Below are positions 10,021-20,580 of a DNA stretch of 47,035 nucleotides, one piece after another (positions within the stretch are counted from its first letter, which is position 1; each line of letters begins with the position of its first letter). A program made the translations under genes and the position numbers. The DNA is taken from positions 1 through 47,035 of the forward strand of contig JBFOMH010000037.1 in assembly GCA_040830765.1 (NCBI GenBank), given 5' to 3'. The notes beneath the pieces were generated by a model that saw only the letters and a list, made by a program, of their open reading frames with translations, did no database searches and had not been told where the DNA came from. The DNA comes from Puniceicoccaceae bacterium. GTDB taxonomy: Bacteria; Verrucomicrobiota; Verrucomicrobiia; Opitutales; Oceanipulchritudinaceae.

Positions 10021-11445
10021 TCAGTCTTCCTTGAACTGGCCGACGAGAGCCCCGACCGTGGCCTTGGCATCCCCATAGAGCATGCGGGTCTTCTCCATGA
10101 AGTAGAGCTGGTTGACCAGGCCGCTGAATCCGGCCCCCTGGCCGCGTTTCAGCGCATAGACCGTTTTTGCCAGGTGGGCATTGATGATTGGCATGCCATA
10201 GATCGGGCTTGCTTCGTCATCGGCCGCAGCCGGATTGACAACATCGTTGGCCCCAATGACAATCGCCACGTCGACGGTCGGCATCAGGGGATTGATGTTG
10301 TCCATTTCGACGAGCTGCTCGTAGGGAACATCGGCTTCCGCAAGCAGGACGTTCATGTGCCCCGGCATGCGACCAGCCACCGGATGAATGGCATACTTCA
10401 CCTCGCAGCCGTTATCCTCGAGAATGTCTCCCAGTTCCTTGACGACGTGTTGGGCCTGGGCGACTGCCATTCCGTAACCCGGAATGACAACGACCGAAGA
10501 GGCAGCCTCGAGGACGTAATAGGCATCCTCGATGGAGGCGGGTTTCATCTCGCCCTTGACTTCCTGTCCGGCCTTCTGGGTCGTCGAACCAAATCCGCTG
10601 AAAAGGACGTTGGTCAGGCTCCGGTTCATGGCCTTGCACATGATGATTGTCAGGATTAATCCACTACAACCTACGAGACAGCCGGCAACAATGAGGACAT
10701 TGTTCAGAATGACAAATCCAGCCGCGGCGGCGGCCAGTCCGGAAAAGCTGTTGAGAAGGGAGATGACCACCGGCATGTCTCCACCACCAATGGGCAAAAC
10801 CCCGAGGATGCCGAGAATCAATGAAAGGAGGACTACGCCAAGGAAGAGGTTGAACTGGGCCCCCTCACTGATGTCCAGGCCTTGCGCCGAAATAAACAGG
10901 ATGGAACAAGTCACCAGTCCAAGGACGATGGCCCCGTTGATGATGCGCTGGGCTGGTATGATGACGGCCCGGCTGCCCAGCTTGCCGGAGAGTTTTCCCC
11001 AGGCCTGGACACTGCCGGTAAAGGTGATGCCACCGATGACAACAGCGAGAATGATGACCGAGGCCGTGAAGGTGGCCGGTGTGTCCGATCCCGTGAAGTA
11101 GGCCAGAAAACCGGCTTCCCGGATTTTCTCATACTCAGCCCATCCCACCAGCAGACTGGCAAGGCCACCGAATCCGTTGAACAAAGCGACCATCTCCGGC
11201 ATGGAGGTCATCTTGACCAGGCGCGCCGCCAGGGCACCAATGACCGAGCCAACGAGCAGGCCGCCAATGATGAACTTGTAGTCCAGTCCCTTGTCCAGCA
11301 AGGTGACGACAATCGCCAGGAGCATGCCGATTGAAGAAAGCATGTTGCCGCGCCGGGCGGTCTTGGCCGAGCCCAGCATCTTGATCCCGATGACGAAGAG
11401 CATCGAGGCGACAATATAACTGATATTGATGACGGCGGTGCTCAT
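10021..11445 (-). CDS. pntB: NAD(P) transhydrogenase subunit beta
   Basis: MPEMVALFNGFGG, IGGGDMPVVISLLNS, PGYGMAVAQAQH, IHPVAGRMPGHMNVLLAEA and GANDVVNPAA motifs. Confidence 0.96.
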   Translation of the reverse strand: MSTAVINISYIVASMLFVIGIKMLGSAKTARRGNMLSSIGMLLAIVVTLLDKGLDYKFIIGGLLVGSVIGALAARLVKMTSMPEMVALFNGFGGLASLLVGWAEYEKIREAGFLAYFTGSDTPATFTASVIILAVVIGGITFTGSVQAWGKLSGKLGSRAVIIPAQRIINGAIVLGLVTCSILFISAQGLDISEGAQFNLFLGVVLLSLILGILGVLPIGGGDMPVVISLLNSFSGLAAAAAGFVILNNVLIVAGCLVGCSGLILTIIMCKAMNRSLTNVLFSGFGSTTQKAGQEVKGEMKPASIEDAYYVLEAASSVVVIPGYGMAVAQAQHVVKELGDILEDNGCEVKYAIHPVAGRMPGHMNVLLAEADVPYEQLVEMDNINPLMPTVDVAIVIGANDVVNPAAADDEASPIYGMPIINAHLAKTVYALKRGQGAGFSGLVNQLYFMEKTRMLYGDAKATVGALVGQFKED

Positions 11446-11729
11446 TTCCGTCCCTCCTTACCCTTGAACATGGCCAGCATGCGGTCGGTCACGAGATAGC
11501 CGCCGACAACATTAATGGTCGCCAGGATGAGGGCGGAAATCCCAATCACGGTGTTGATCTCCGAGGTCCCTGACTTGAGAACAAGGATGGCCCCGACAAT
11601 GGTGATGCCGCTGATGGCGTTGGAGCCGGACATCAATGGGGTGTGCAACTGGGAGGGTACTTTTTTGATCAGCTCGTAGCCAAGAAAGGCTGCCAGCACG
11701 AAGATGAATAAAAGCTGTATTAGTTCCAT
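11442..11729 (-). CDS. pntAB: NAD(P) transhydrogenase subunit alpha part 2 (membrane)
   Basis: VPSQLHTPLMSGSNAISGI and NVVGGYLVTDRMLAMF; overlaps the pntB start by 4 nt. Confidence 0.95.
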   Translation of the reverse strand: MELIQLLFIFVLAAFLGYELIKKVPSQLHTPLMSGSNAISGITIVGAILVLKSGTSEINTVIGISALILATINVVGGYLVTDRMLAMFKGKEGRK

Positions 11730-11763
11730 AAGGCTTTCTGGTCGAAAATTGAATTAGTCTGGC

Positions 11764-12888
11764 TTAGTCGCGGAATCGCTCGTCCCGGATAGCCCCGTCA
11801 TGCGTCATCAGGCAGCCTGTGAGGATTTCGTCCTCCAGGTTGTAGGTGAAGGTGCTCTTCTCCTCGTCCCAGAAATGTTCCAGGAAGCTGGAGACGTTGG
11901 AAGCGTAGACCTGGGTGGCATGGCAGGGCAGGCAGGCTTCCAGTTTGGCGGTACCAATGATCCGGACTCCGTTTTCCGTGGTCACTTCCTCTTCCACGAC
12001 CGTGCCTTCTACATTGCCTCCTGTTTCAGCTGCCAGGTCGACAACGATGCTGCCGCGCTTCATGCCGGCCACCATGTCTTTAGTGACGACAGTGGGAGCG
12101 GGACGCCCGAACAACTTGGCCGTGGTAATGACAATGTCACTTTGAGCACAGACCTTGGCCATTCCCTGGCGCTGCATTTCCAACTGCTCCGGAGTCAGTT
12201 CCTTGGCGTAGCCCTGGTCCGTCTGGCCAGTCTCACCAAGGTCGATCTTGACGAACTTGGCGCCCAGCGAGCGCACCTGTTCCTCGACCACCGGACGCGT
12301 GTCAAAAGCCTCGACCCGTGCCCCCAGGCGCTTGGCCGTGGCGATAGCCTGCAGACCGGCTACACCGACGCCGATTACAAAAACCCGGGCCGGGGAAATC
12401 GTCCCTGCTGGGGTCATCATCATCGGGACAATCTTGTTCATCCGCTCACAGGCCCGAATGACGGCAAAATAGCCAGCCAGATTGGCTTGCGAACTGATGG
12501 CATCCATTTTCTGGGCCAGGGTTGTCCGGGGCATCATCTCCATGGAGACGGCATTTACTCCGGCACTGGCGAAGGCCTGCAGAAGGTCCTTGCGGGCGAA
12601 CGGATTGAGGAAGCTGACATGCAGGGCACCCCCCTTCATGGCTGCTATCTCCTCCGGCTCGGGGGAATTGACCCGGAAAACCACATCCGCAGCGGCGAGG
12701 GAGCCTTGGCGATCAGGGGTAACGGTTGCACCAGCGGCTTCGTAGGCAGCGTCGTCGTGGTCACTGGTCAGGCCCACGCCCGACTCCACGACAACCTGCA
12801 ATCCCAAGCCAACCAGCTTCTTGACAGACTCCGGATCGGCACTGGCGCGTGTTTCCGGAGCGGGCTCTTTGGGGCAGAACACTTGCAT
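11764..12888 (-). CDS. pntAA: NAD(P) transhydrogenase subunit alpha part 1 (NAD-binding domain I)
   Basis: PKE...ETRA, AQKMDAISSQANLAGY, GVGVAGLQAIATAKRLGA and DLAAETGGN motifs. Start taken at MQVF (12888); upstream ATGs are possible. Confidence 0.93.
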   Translation of the reverse strand: MQVFCPKEPAPETRASADPESVKKLVGLGLQVVVESGVGLTSDHDDAAYEAAGATVTPDRQGSLAAADVVFRVNSPEPEEIAAMKGGALHVSFLNPFARKDLLQAFASAGVNAVSMEMMPRTTLAQKMDAISSQANLAGYFAVIRACERMNKIVPMMMTPAGTISPARVFVIGVGVAGLQAIATAKRLGARVEAFDTRPVVEEQVRSLGAKFVKIDLGETGQTDQGYAKELTPEQLEMQRQGMAKVCAQSDIVITTAKLFGRPAPTVVTKDMVAGMKRGSIVVDLAAETGGNVEGTVVEEEVTTENGVRIIGTAKLEACLPCHATQVYASNVSSFLEHFWDEEKSTFTYNLEDEILTGCLMTHDGAIRDERFRD

Positions 12889-12985
12889 AACGCACTTTGG
12901 CATGAAGAACTCTCGCATCTAGTTCAAGCCGCTTTTGGATTTGTTTTTAATCAATTCTTGCTCAGCCTTGCGGCATGATTTTACG

Positions 12986-15637
12986 ATGTCCTTCATTAAT
13001 CGCATGCTGAAGTGGCCACATATGGCGCCCTGGCGCATCCTCCTGCTCATTGCTGCGGTCCTATCAGCCGCGTCCCTCAAGGGGCAGGTTACGGAAACGG
13101 AGGACTACCAACTGGTTCCGGACGAGGCCGACACCGCACAATTGAATGAGCGACTGCGCCTGAACTGGCAGCTGGAGGGGATAGCGGCTGCCATCGAAAG
13201 TGGATTCCTTGAGGTGGCGGATACCTTGGTCGACAGGTTGCTCCAGAGAGAGGATCTCGTTCCGGGTGTCCGGGGAGCTGTCCTCAACCATCAACTCCAC
13301 ATCGCGCTTATCCAGGGTAGCTTTGACGATGCTGGCTCGGCCCTTGCCAGCCTGCAGGAACTCGGGATAGGGGCCGATCCGTTGTCCCGGGCCTTTTATT
13401 TCTATTACAACAACGACCTTTCCGCTACTGAGGATGCCCTTGCTGAAATTCCTGATGATCCGGGCAGCCCGGACCGGCTGGCCTGGAAAACCCTCCTCGA
13501 GGGTCTGGTTCTCAGCCGAAAAGGGGAGGTCGAGGCCGCATTCAAGACCTTTGAGGAAGCCGAGGCCCGGACAAGCAATCCATTGCTGTGGGATCAGTTC
13601 GAAGTCATCCGCTTGCGGGAGGAAATGAACACGGGTGCCTCCGACGAAACGACAATCAGTGCATTGCGTGAATCGGTCCGTTCCATGAGAGGCGAACGGG
13701 GTGGTTTTGAGGCGGCCCGCCTTCTGGCCATTGCCTTGGCCAGGGCCGGTGAACCTGAAACCGCAATCGAAGTTCTAAACACCCAGTTGACCATTCCCGG
13801 TTTGAGGGAGTTCAACCTGCGCTCCGACTTCCTTCTCCTGATGGGCCTTATCGCAGGTCCCGATTCCCCACGCGGCAACCTTGCCCTCCGAGAAATTGTC
13901 GGGAGTGAAGCCCGACCCGACCTGCAGTCGGTTGCCCTCACCTTGGTGGCCCAGTCGGTCGTTACAGCTGAAGACCGGCGCGACATCCTCAACGAAATCG
14001 AGGAGTGGCTCGATCGTATCCCGCCGCACCCGTTGGCAGACCGGCTTCTTGCTTATCAATCATATTTCCTCTCGCTGGATGGCGACTTCGAAGGCGCCGG
14101 CGAAAGCTCCCGGTTGCTCCTGCAACTCTATCCGACCTCTTCCTTCGCCGCCAATGCCCTGCGGATGCTGGCCTACACCTCATGGAATCAGAGTCCGCCC
14201 CGTTACCGGACCGCGGCCGATTACTTGAACCAGCTACGCCAGCGGTTCCCCGACACCAAGGAGTCCCTTGAGGCTGGAATTTTGATTGCCGACTGTTACT
14301 TTCTCAATGGGGACTATGCCAATGCCTCAACCGCCTACGGCGCTATTCTCAAGGATTTGTCTGACGCGAGGGTTCCCGGGATTTTCTACCAGCGTATACT
14401 GGCTGAAATTTCCGCCGGCCAGCCGGATTCCGCTGCCCGGTTGCTGGATGAGGCGCGGGCAGGAGAACGTCTAACCGATGAAGCCCTCTGGCGGGCAGAA
14501 TGGAACCTCCTCGACTCCTTTCGGCGACAGGGGAGCATCCAAAAAGCCTTTGAGCGGATTCGGGTCGTTCTCAATCCACTGTCTGGAGACATCTCGGGTC
14601 TGAGCCCATCCCTAGCGCTGCGGTTTCGGTGGCTGGAGGCCCGGTTGACCCTTGAGGCCGGTCCGCCAGTCGAGGCCATCGAGAAAGCCCGGCAGTTGCT
14701 TTCTGAACTAGAACAAGGGTCCTTTGCGGGCCTTGATGAGGAATTGGTTTCAGAAGTCAGAAGCCATCTGCTCCTTTTGCAGGGCGAGGCCGAAATTGCC
14801 GCAGGGCAGCGACAGGTTGGCTTGGAGACATTCGCCAGCCTCAGGGAAACGTATCCCGACAGTGGTCCGACCATTTTGTCCTATCTGGTTGAATCCCGGA
14901 GTGAAGCCGGCTCGGACAACCTTGTCAGCGCGCAGCAGAATCTGGTCTCGCTTGTCGACCGCTTTCCGGGCAGCGAATATGCCCCCATCGCCTTGTGGGA
15001 AGCCGCCCTCAATGCTGAGCAAAGGGGGCTCAACATCCATCTCCAGGAGGCGATCGGTATTCTCGAGCGACTGGTCAACCGGTACCCGTCCCACGAGCTC
15101 GTTTACTATGCCCGCCTCAAGCAGGGGGACCTTGCCCGGCGCCTTAATGACTTCCCGACAGCCTTGTTGTTGTACGAACGGCTGCTGGCTTTGTTCCCCA
15201 ACCATCCCGAGCGATACCGGGCTGAGTTGAGCCGCGCTGATTGCCTCCTGGCTATTGGCAGCAACGATCCCGCCCGCTATGACCAGGCTGCGGTCATCTA
15301 CGAACGTAATTGCCTGTTGCCCTCCGTGCCCCTTCCGGTGCGACTGGAAGCTGGTTTCAAATGGGCCCATGCCTTGAACCTGCAGGGCGACTCTAGCGGG
15401 GCGGAAGCGGTCTATTGGCTGGTGTTCGAGCGATTTGTGGAGGACCGGGACCTGAGCCAGGCTGTTGTCCAGTCTGCTCCGGGGCGTTACTGGCTGGCCC
15501 GGACGCTCCTGGAACTGGGCGACATGCAGGCGCAAAAGGGACAGGTTGCCTCAGCAAGGCGAATTTTCGAAACCGTAATGCAAAAGAACCTTCCCGGGAA
15601 GGCGTTGGCCCAAACCCGGCTCGATTCACTGCAATGA
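12986..15637 (+). CDS. Large exported tetratricopeptide-repeat protein (BamD/CpoB-like TPR turns)
   Basis: Signal-peptide-like MAPWRILLLIAAVLSAASLKG. Helical repeats with six (Y/F)P-x-(S/T/H) turn motifs. Start uncertain (12986, 13004 or 13022). Confidence 0.78.
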   Translation: MSFINRMLKWPHMAPWRILLLIAAVLSAASLKGQVTETEDYQLVPDEADTAQLNERLRLNWQLEGIAAAIESGFLEVADTLVDRLLQREDLVPGVRGAVLNHQLHIALIQGSFDDAGSALASLQELGIGADPLSRAFYFYYNNDLSATEDALAEIPDDPGSPDRLAWKTLLEGLVLSRKGEVEAAFKTFEEAEARTSNPLLWDQFEVIRLREEMNTGASDETTISALRESVRSMRGERGGFEAARLLAIALARAGEPETAIEVLNTQLTIPGLREFNLRSDFLLLMGLIAGPDSPRGNLALREIVGSEARPDLQSVALTLVAQSVVTAEDRRDILNEIEEWLDRIPPHPLADRLLAYQSYFLSLDGDFEGAGESSRLLLQLYPTSSFAANALRMLAYTSWNQSPPRYRTAADYLNQLRQRFPDTKESLEAGILIADCYFLNGDYANASTAYGAILKDLSDARVPGIFYQRILAEISAGQPDSAARLLDEARAGERLTDEALWRAEWNLLDSFRRQGSIQKAFERIRVVLNPLSGDISGLSPSLALRFRWLEARLTLEAGPPVEAIEKARQLLSELEQGSFAGLDEELVSEVRSHLLLLQGEAEIAAGQRQVGLETFASLRETYPDSGPTILSYLVESRSEAGSDNLVSAQQNLVSLVDRFPGSEYAPIALWEAALNAEQRGLNIHLQEAIGILERLVNRYPSHELVYYARLKQGDLARRLNDFPTALLLYERLLALFPNHPERYRAELSRADCLLAIGSNDPARYDQAAVIYERNCLLPSVPLPVRLEAGFKWAHALNLQGDSSGAEAVYWLVFERFVEDRDLSQAVVQSAPGRYWLARTLLELGDMQAQKGQVASARRIFETVMQKNLPGKALAQTRLDSLQ

Positions 15638-15650
15638 AAGGATTCTTAAT

Positions 15651-16319
15651 ATGTTCGATTTCAATATGAGTTTGATGCAGCAAGGCGGCCCGATGATGTG
15701 GGTGCTCCTGGCTGTAAGCCTTTTCGGCTTTATAATTTTCATCGAGCGGACGCTCTTCCTCCACCGCGGGCAGATCCGGACCAGTCAGTTTCTCGAGGGA
15801 ATCCGCAACCTCGTCAAGCGGGGCCGCAGACTTGAAGCCCTGACCCTTTGCGAAGACATGCCGGGACCTATTCCGGGAATCATCAAGGCCATCCTGATGC
15901 AGGTGGGCTCCAGCGAGGCCAAGATGCGTCAGGCTGCTGAAGAGGCCGCTCTCATTGAAATTCCCACCCTGGAGCGGCGGATAGGTTCTATCGCAGCCAT
16001 CGCCCGCATCGCCCCGCTTCTGGGCCTGTTGGGTACCGTTTTGGGCATGATTCAGGCCTTTTTCGGCGTTTCGATGAGCGGTACGACCGGTTATCCGACA
16101 TTCGGGCTGCTCCTTGGAGGGGTGGGGCAGGCTCTCCTATCCACCGCCTTCGGGCTGATGATATGCATTATGGCCCACATTGCACATCACTTCCTCCACG
16201 GCCGGGTACGCGCGCTCGTGCATGACATGGAGTATACAGGGCATGATCTCATCCAGTTCCTGCAACATGAGATTTCGGAAAACGGTGAAGAAGATAGTCC
16301 AAGTGAGGAGGAAAGCTGA
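15651..16319 (+). CDS. MotA/TolQ/ExbB proton channel family protein
   Basis: QQGGPMMW..L...ER, APLLGLLGTVLGMI and ALLSTAFGL (conserved Pro/Thr positions). Confidence 0.92.
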   Translation: MFDFNMSLMQQGGPMMWVLLAVSLFGFIIFIERTLFLHRGQIRTSQFLEGIRNLVKRGRRLEALTLCEDMPGPIPGIIKAILMQVGSSEAKMRQAAEEAALIEIPTLERRIGSIAAIARIAPLLGLLGTVLGMIQAFFGVSMSGTTGYPTFGLLLGGVGQALLSTAFGLMICIMAHIAHHFLHGRVRALVHDMEYTGHDLIQFLQHEISENGEEDSPSEEES

Positions 16320-16813
16320 TGGCGGGGCTGACCCAACCACTGGAATTCCGGAAGCACCTGCTTTGCCGTCCGCGGAGAGGCTTCGACATCGTGCCTTTCC
16401 TGGATGCCTTCCTGATTGTTCTTTTCGTCTCCCTGAACACCTCAGCTTTTATCATGGCTCCGGGAACCGCCGTCCAATTGCCCTTTTCCAGGGCAATGGA
16501 ACCGTCACGCGACTTGCCGACCGCTGTTTTGACGGTCGACCGCAATGAATTGTATTTCTTCGAAGGCAGGAAACTGGCTGCCGTCGCCCTCGAGGACCGA
16601 CTGCGTGATTTCATAGAGGATGATGGTGAAATGACGCGTTCATCCGGGGCGGTTCTTCTCATCAAGGCAGATGCCACAATCACCTCGGATGTCCTCTTTG
16701 GCCTCATGGATACAGCCCGGCAGGTCGGGTTCTCAGAGGTCCATCTGGCCGCTGAGCCTGCCAGCCGGGGCAGTTCCCCTTGGGGTGACCGGTCACCAGA
16801 GCCCAATCCATGA
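16319..16813 (+). CDS. ExbD/TolR biopolymer transport family protein
   Basis: DIVPFLD TM motif with the essential Asp, VQLP, LLIKAD, and MDTARQVGFSEVHLA. Start overlaps the ExbB-like stop. Confidence 0.9.
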   Translation: MAGLTQPLEFRKHLLCRPRRGFDIVPFLDAFLIVLFVSLNTSAFIMAPGTAVQLPFSRAMEPSRDLPTAVLTVDRNELYFFEGRKLAAVALEDRLRDFIEDDGEMTRSSGAVLLIKADATITSDVLFGLMDTARQVGFSEVHLAAEPASRGSSPWGDRSPEPNP

Positions 16814-17529
16814 AGCGCCTGACCGCCACTGCCGTTGTCTCAATCCTCGGAGGTACCCTGATCCACCTCGCGGTGCTGACGGTTATTCGCATCGAGGCCC
16901 CGGTCAGCCGGACTCCGTATGAAATCACCACGGCCGTGAGCTATGTTGGTGATCTCAACCGTGAGGCCGCTCCAGCCTTTCTTGAGCAAGCCGCCCTGTT
17001 TGACAGCGCACCGCTGTTCATGCCGACCCGGTGGAATCCGGCCAGCCGGATGGCCGAGGTGGCCAGCCTCAAGGAAGCCACCGAGATCTTTGATCGTTTC
17101 CCGGCCCGCTTGCGTCTTCCCGAGTTCGAACCGCATTTCCCGGGAGCACCGGGGATGGTCCTGCCCGAGCCCACTTTACCCCAAGGTCCTGCCTTTGCCC
17201 TGGCCCGCTACGGCCGGGTCCCTTCCACCAGCGGGGATATCCTTTCCCCCGGTCCGACGGTTCAGATTACCAGTCTCAGAGGCCCCCGGGCGGAAATCCC
17301 CGAAACCACCTCCTTGCCGGAAGGAATCCAGGGCCTCTCCCCGCCGGCACTATGGACCCCCGTTCAATTGTACCTCCATGTTTCCGAGGGCCTCCCGGTG
17401 GGAATTCCCCTGCTGGCCCAAAGCTCAGGATTTATCGACTGGGACCAGGCTTTGCAGGGTTTTGTCACCTCTATGGACTTTTACGGGCAGTTGGGAGACG
17501 GATATTATCATTTATTGGTTTACCCCTGA
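16810..17529 (+). CDS. Membrane-anchored Pro-rich protein with degenerate TonB/TolA-like C-terminal domain
   Basis: N-terminal TM containing His (TLIHLAVL), Pro-rich middle, and C-terminal VQLYLHVSEG...LLAQSSGFIDWDQAL resembling the TonB_C SSG...D.aA motif. ATGA overlap with the exbD-like gene. Confidence 0.55.
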   Translation: MKRLTATAVVSILGGTLIHLAVLTVIRIEAPVSRTPYEITTAVSYVGDLNREAAPAFLEQAALFDSAPLFMPTRWNPASRMAEVASLKEATEIFDRFPARLRLPEFEPHFPGAPGMVLPEPTLPQGPAFALARYGRVPSTSGDILSPGPTVQITSLRGPRAEIPETTSLPEGIQGLSPPALWTPVQLYLHVSEGLPVGIPLLAQSSGFIDWDQALQGFVTSMDFYGQLGDGYYHLLVYP

Positions 17530-17589
17530 GCGAAAAGTCGCTAATCTGGCGGGCTTTCTATTTTGTAAGGAAAATCGGGCAAAAAGGGC

Positions 17590-17618
17590 TTGACCCGCCT
17601 GATTATGCCCCGCAAATT
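17590..17618 (+). promoter_or_regulatory. Putative sigma70-type promoter of the tRNA-Thr/tuf operon
   Basis: TTGACC (17590-95), 17 nt spacer, CAAATT (17613-18), with A-tracts upstream. Confidence 0.5.
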
Positions 17619-17652
17619 CCGCAACTTTGCTTCAATCAAAATCTTCCCCGGC

Positions 17653-17728
<76 letters not shown>

Positions 17729-17809
17729 TTTATCAATCAGTCAACCTTCAACATTAACAATCAGTCGATTCGCGCTAAACACGCAAATTAACACATCTGA
17801 TCAGCGATC

Positions 17810-19000
<1,191 letters not shown>

Positions 19001-19019
19001 CTTCCTTAGGCTTTGTTTC

Positions 19020-19059
19020 CGGCTGCCGGGTCTCTTCTTTCGAGGATTCCCGGCAGCCG
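19020..19059 (+). other. GC-rich stem-loop between tuf and tRNA-Trp (processing or stability hairpin; no U-tract)
   Basis: CGGCTGCCGGG (19020-30) pairs with CCCGGCAGCCG (19049-59). Confidence 0.55.
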
Positions 19060-19086
19060 CACTTATCGAAATAACTTTGAATGCAC

Positions 19087-19162
19087 AGGGCAGTAGCTCA
19101 ATTGGTAGAGTAGTGGTCTCCAAAACCATTGGCTGGGGGTTCGAGTCCCTCCTGCCCTGCCA
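19087..19162 (+). tRNA. tRNA-Trp(CCA)
   Basis: 76-nt cloverleaf: acceptor AGGGCAG/CTGCCCT, anticodon loop CTCCAAA, T-loop TTCGAGT, encoded CCA; canonical position before secE. Confidence 0.97.
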
Positions 19163-19217
19163 TTCGGTTCAATTCCTCCAATAACTCCAGATTTAAACCA
19201 GAAAACTGACACGGAAC

Positions 19218-19424
19218 ATGGCAAATCCCTTTCGCAAAGCCCGCATTTTCCTTGGAGAAACCTCCACGGAACTGAAGAAGGCGGTCTGGCCGACCAAGTC
19301 CGAGCTGCGTGACAGCACCATTGTGGTGTTCATTGCCACGCTGCTCCTTGGCGCCTACGTCGCCTTGGCCGATTTCAGTGTCTACAACTGGATCCAGCTG
19401 CTGACCAATTGGGTCCGTGGCTGA
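19218..19424 (+). CDS. secE: Preprotein translocase subunit SecE
   Basis: ELKKAVWPTKSEL motif plus a single TM; located before nusG. Confidence 0.95.
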   Translation: MANPFRKARIFLGETSTELKKAVWPTKSELRDSTIVVFIATLLLGAYVALADFSVYNWIQLLTNWVRG

Positions 19425-20034
19425 TTCCAGCTACAAGGGAATGGAAGAAATCAACACCAGTTCAAATCCTGTTCGCCAAGGCCAGTGGTTCGTTGTCCAG
19501 ACGCTCTCCAACAAGGAGCCGGCAGCGAAGCGCTATATTGATCGCTATATCGCTGAAAACGAGCTGGAGGACTTCGTTTTTGAGGTCCTGGTACCGGAGC
19601 AGACCGTCTCGGAGGTCAAGCACGGCAAGAAGTCCCAGCGTAAGCGCAAGCTCTATCCCGGCTACATCTTCATCCACTGCCGCCTCTATGATGAGGACCA
19701 GAAGGTTGTCCAGAAGGTCTGGTACTTCATTAACGGAGCCGACGGCGTCATTGGTTTCGCTGGCGGCAAGGCTCCGGCACCGCTCAAGGATGCGGAAATC
19801 GACCGTATCCTGAACCAGGTGGCCGAGGCCGAAGGTAAGGAAGTGCCGAAGGTCGAGTATGAGGTCGGCGAAGAGGTCAAGATTACCGACGGACCTTTCC
19901 TCAATCTCAACGGCCGCATCGATGAAATCGACACTGAGCGCGGCAAACTGAAGATTTCCGTTTCAATTTTTGGACGTTTTACACCCGTCGAACTCGAATA
20001 CTGGCAGGTGGAACGCCTTACTGACGAAGACTGA
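19417..20034 (+). CDS. nusG: Transcription termination/antitermination factor NusG
   Basis: WFVVQTLS, LYPGYIF, and KOW domain VKITDGPF...VSIFGRFTPVEL. Start is GTG 19417 or ATG 19441. Confidence 0.96.
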   Translation: MADSSYKGMEEINTSSNPVRQGQWFVVQTLSNKEPAAKRYIDRYIAENELEDFVFEVLVPEQTVSEVKHGKKSQRKRKLYPGYIFIHCRLYDEDQKVVQKVWYFINGADGVIGFAGGKAPAPLKDAEIDRILNQVAEAEGKEVPKVEYEVGEEVKITDGPFLNLNGRIDEIDTERGKLKISVSIFGRFTPVELEYWQVERLTDED

Positions 20035-20110
20035 CAATTTCAATCAACCCTCCAGCAGCACCGGGACGCCTCTTTTCGCGTGAGCTGGAACCGATACAGA
20101 TAAACTAAAA

Positions 20111-20536
20111 ATGGCAAAGAAAGTCACAGGAACAATCAAACTTCAACTTCCGGCAGGGGCTGCCAACCCGGCGCCTCCGGTTGGACCTGCCCTCGGTGCG
20201 GCCGGTGTCAACATCATGGCCTTCTGCAAGGATTTCAACGCCCGGACCAAGGACCAGGCGGGGACAATTCTTCCCACGGTCATCACCGTCTACCAGGACC
20301 GGTCCTTCAGCTTCATCACGAAGTCCCCCCCGGCTGCTGTCCTTCTCAAGAAGGCTGCTGGCATCGCTTCCGGTTCCGGAGTCCCGAACAAGGAAAAGGT
20401 CGGTCGCGTGACCCGCAAGCAGGTCAAGGAAATCGTCGAGGTCAAGAAGAAGGACCTCACCGGTGGCAGCGAGGAAGCCTCAATGCGCATCATCGAGGGC
20501 ACGGCCCGCTCCATGGGAATTGAAGTCGTCGATTAA
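20111..20536 (+). CDS. rplK: 50S ribosomal protein L11
   Basis: [12 protein letters not shown] and GTARSMGI motifs. Confidence 0.98.
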   Translation: MAKKVTGTIKLQLPAGAANPAPPVGPALGAAGVNIMAFCKDFNARTKDQAGTILPTVITVYQDRSFSFITKSPPAAVLLKKAAGIASGSGVPNKEKVGRVTRKQVKEIVEVKKKDLTGGSEEASMRIIEGTARSMGIEVVD

Positions 20537-20580
20537 TTTTTAACCCGAACGTTTGAACCTCCACGGAGGGAGTTTAAAAA

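Noticed and set aside
10021..12888. Split pntA as a frameshift or pseudogene
   Set aside because: The three-gene PntAA/PntAB/PntB organisation is an established form (e.g. Rhodospirillum rubrum), and each part is intact with its own start.
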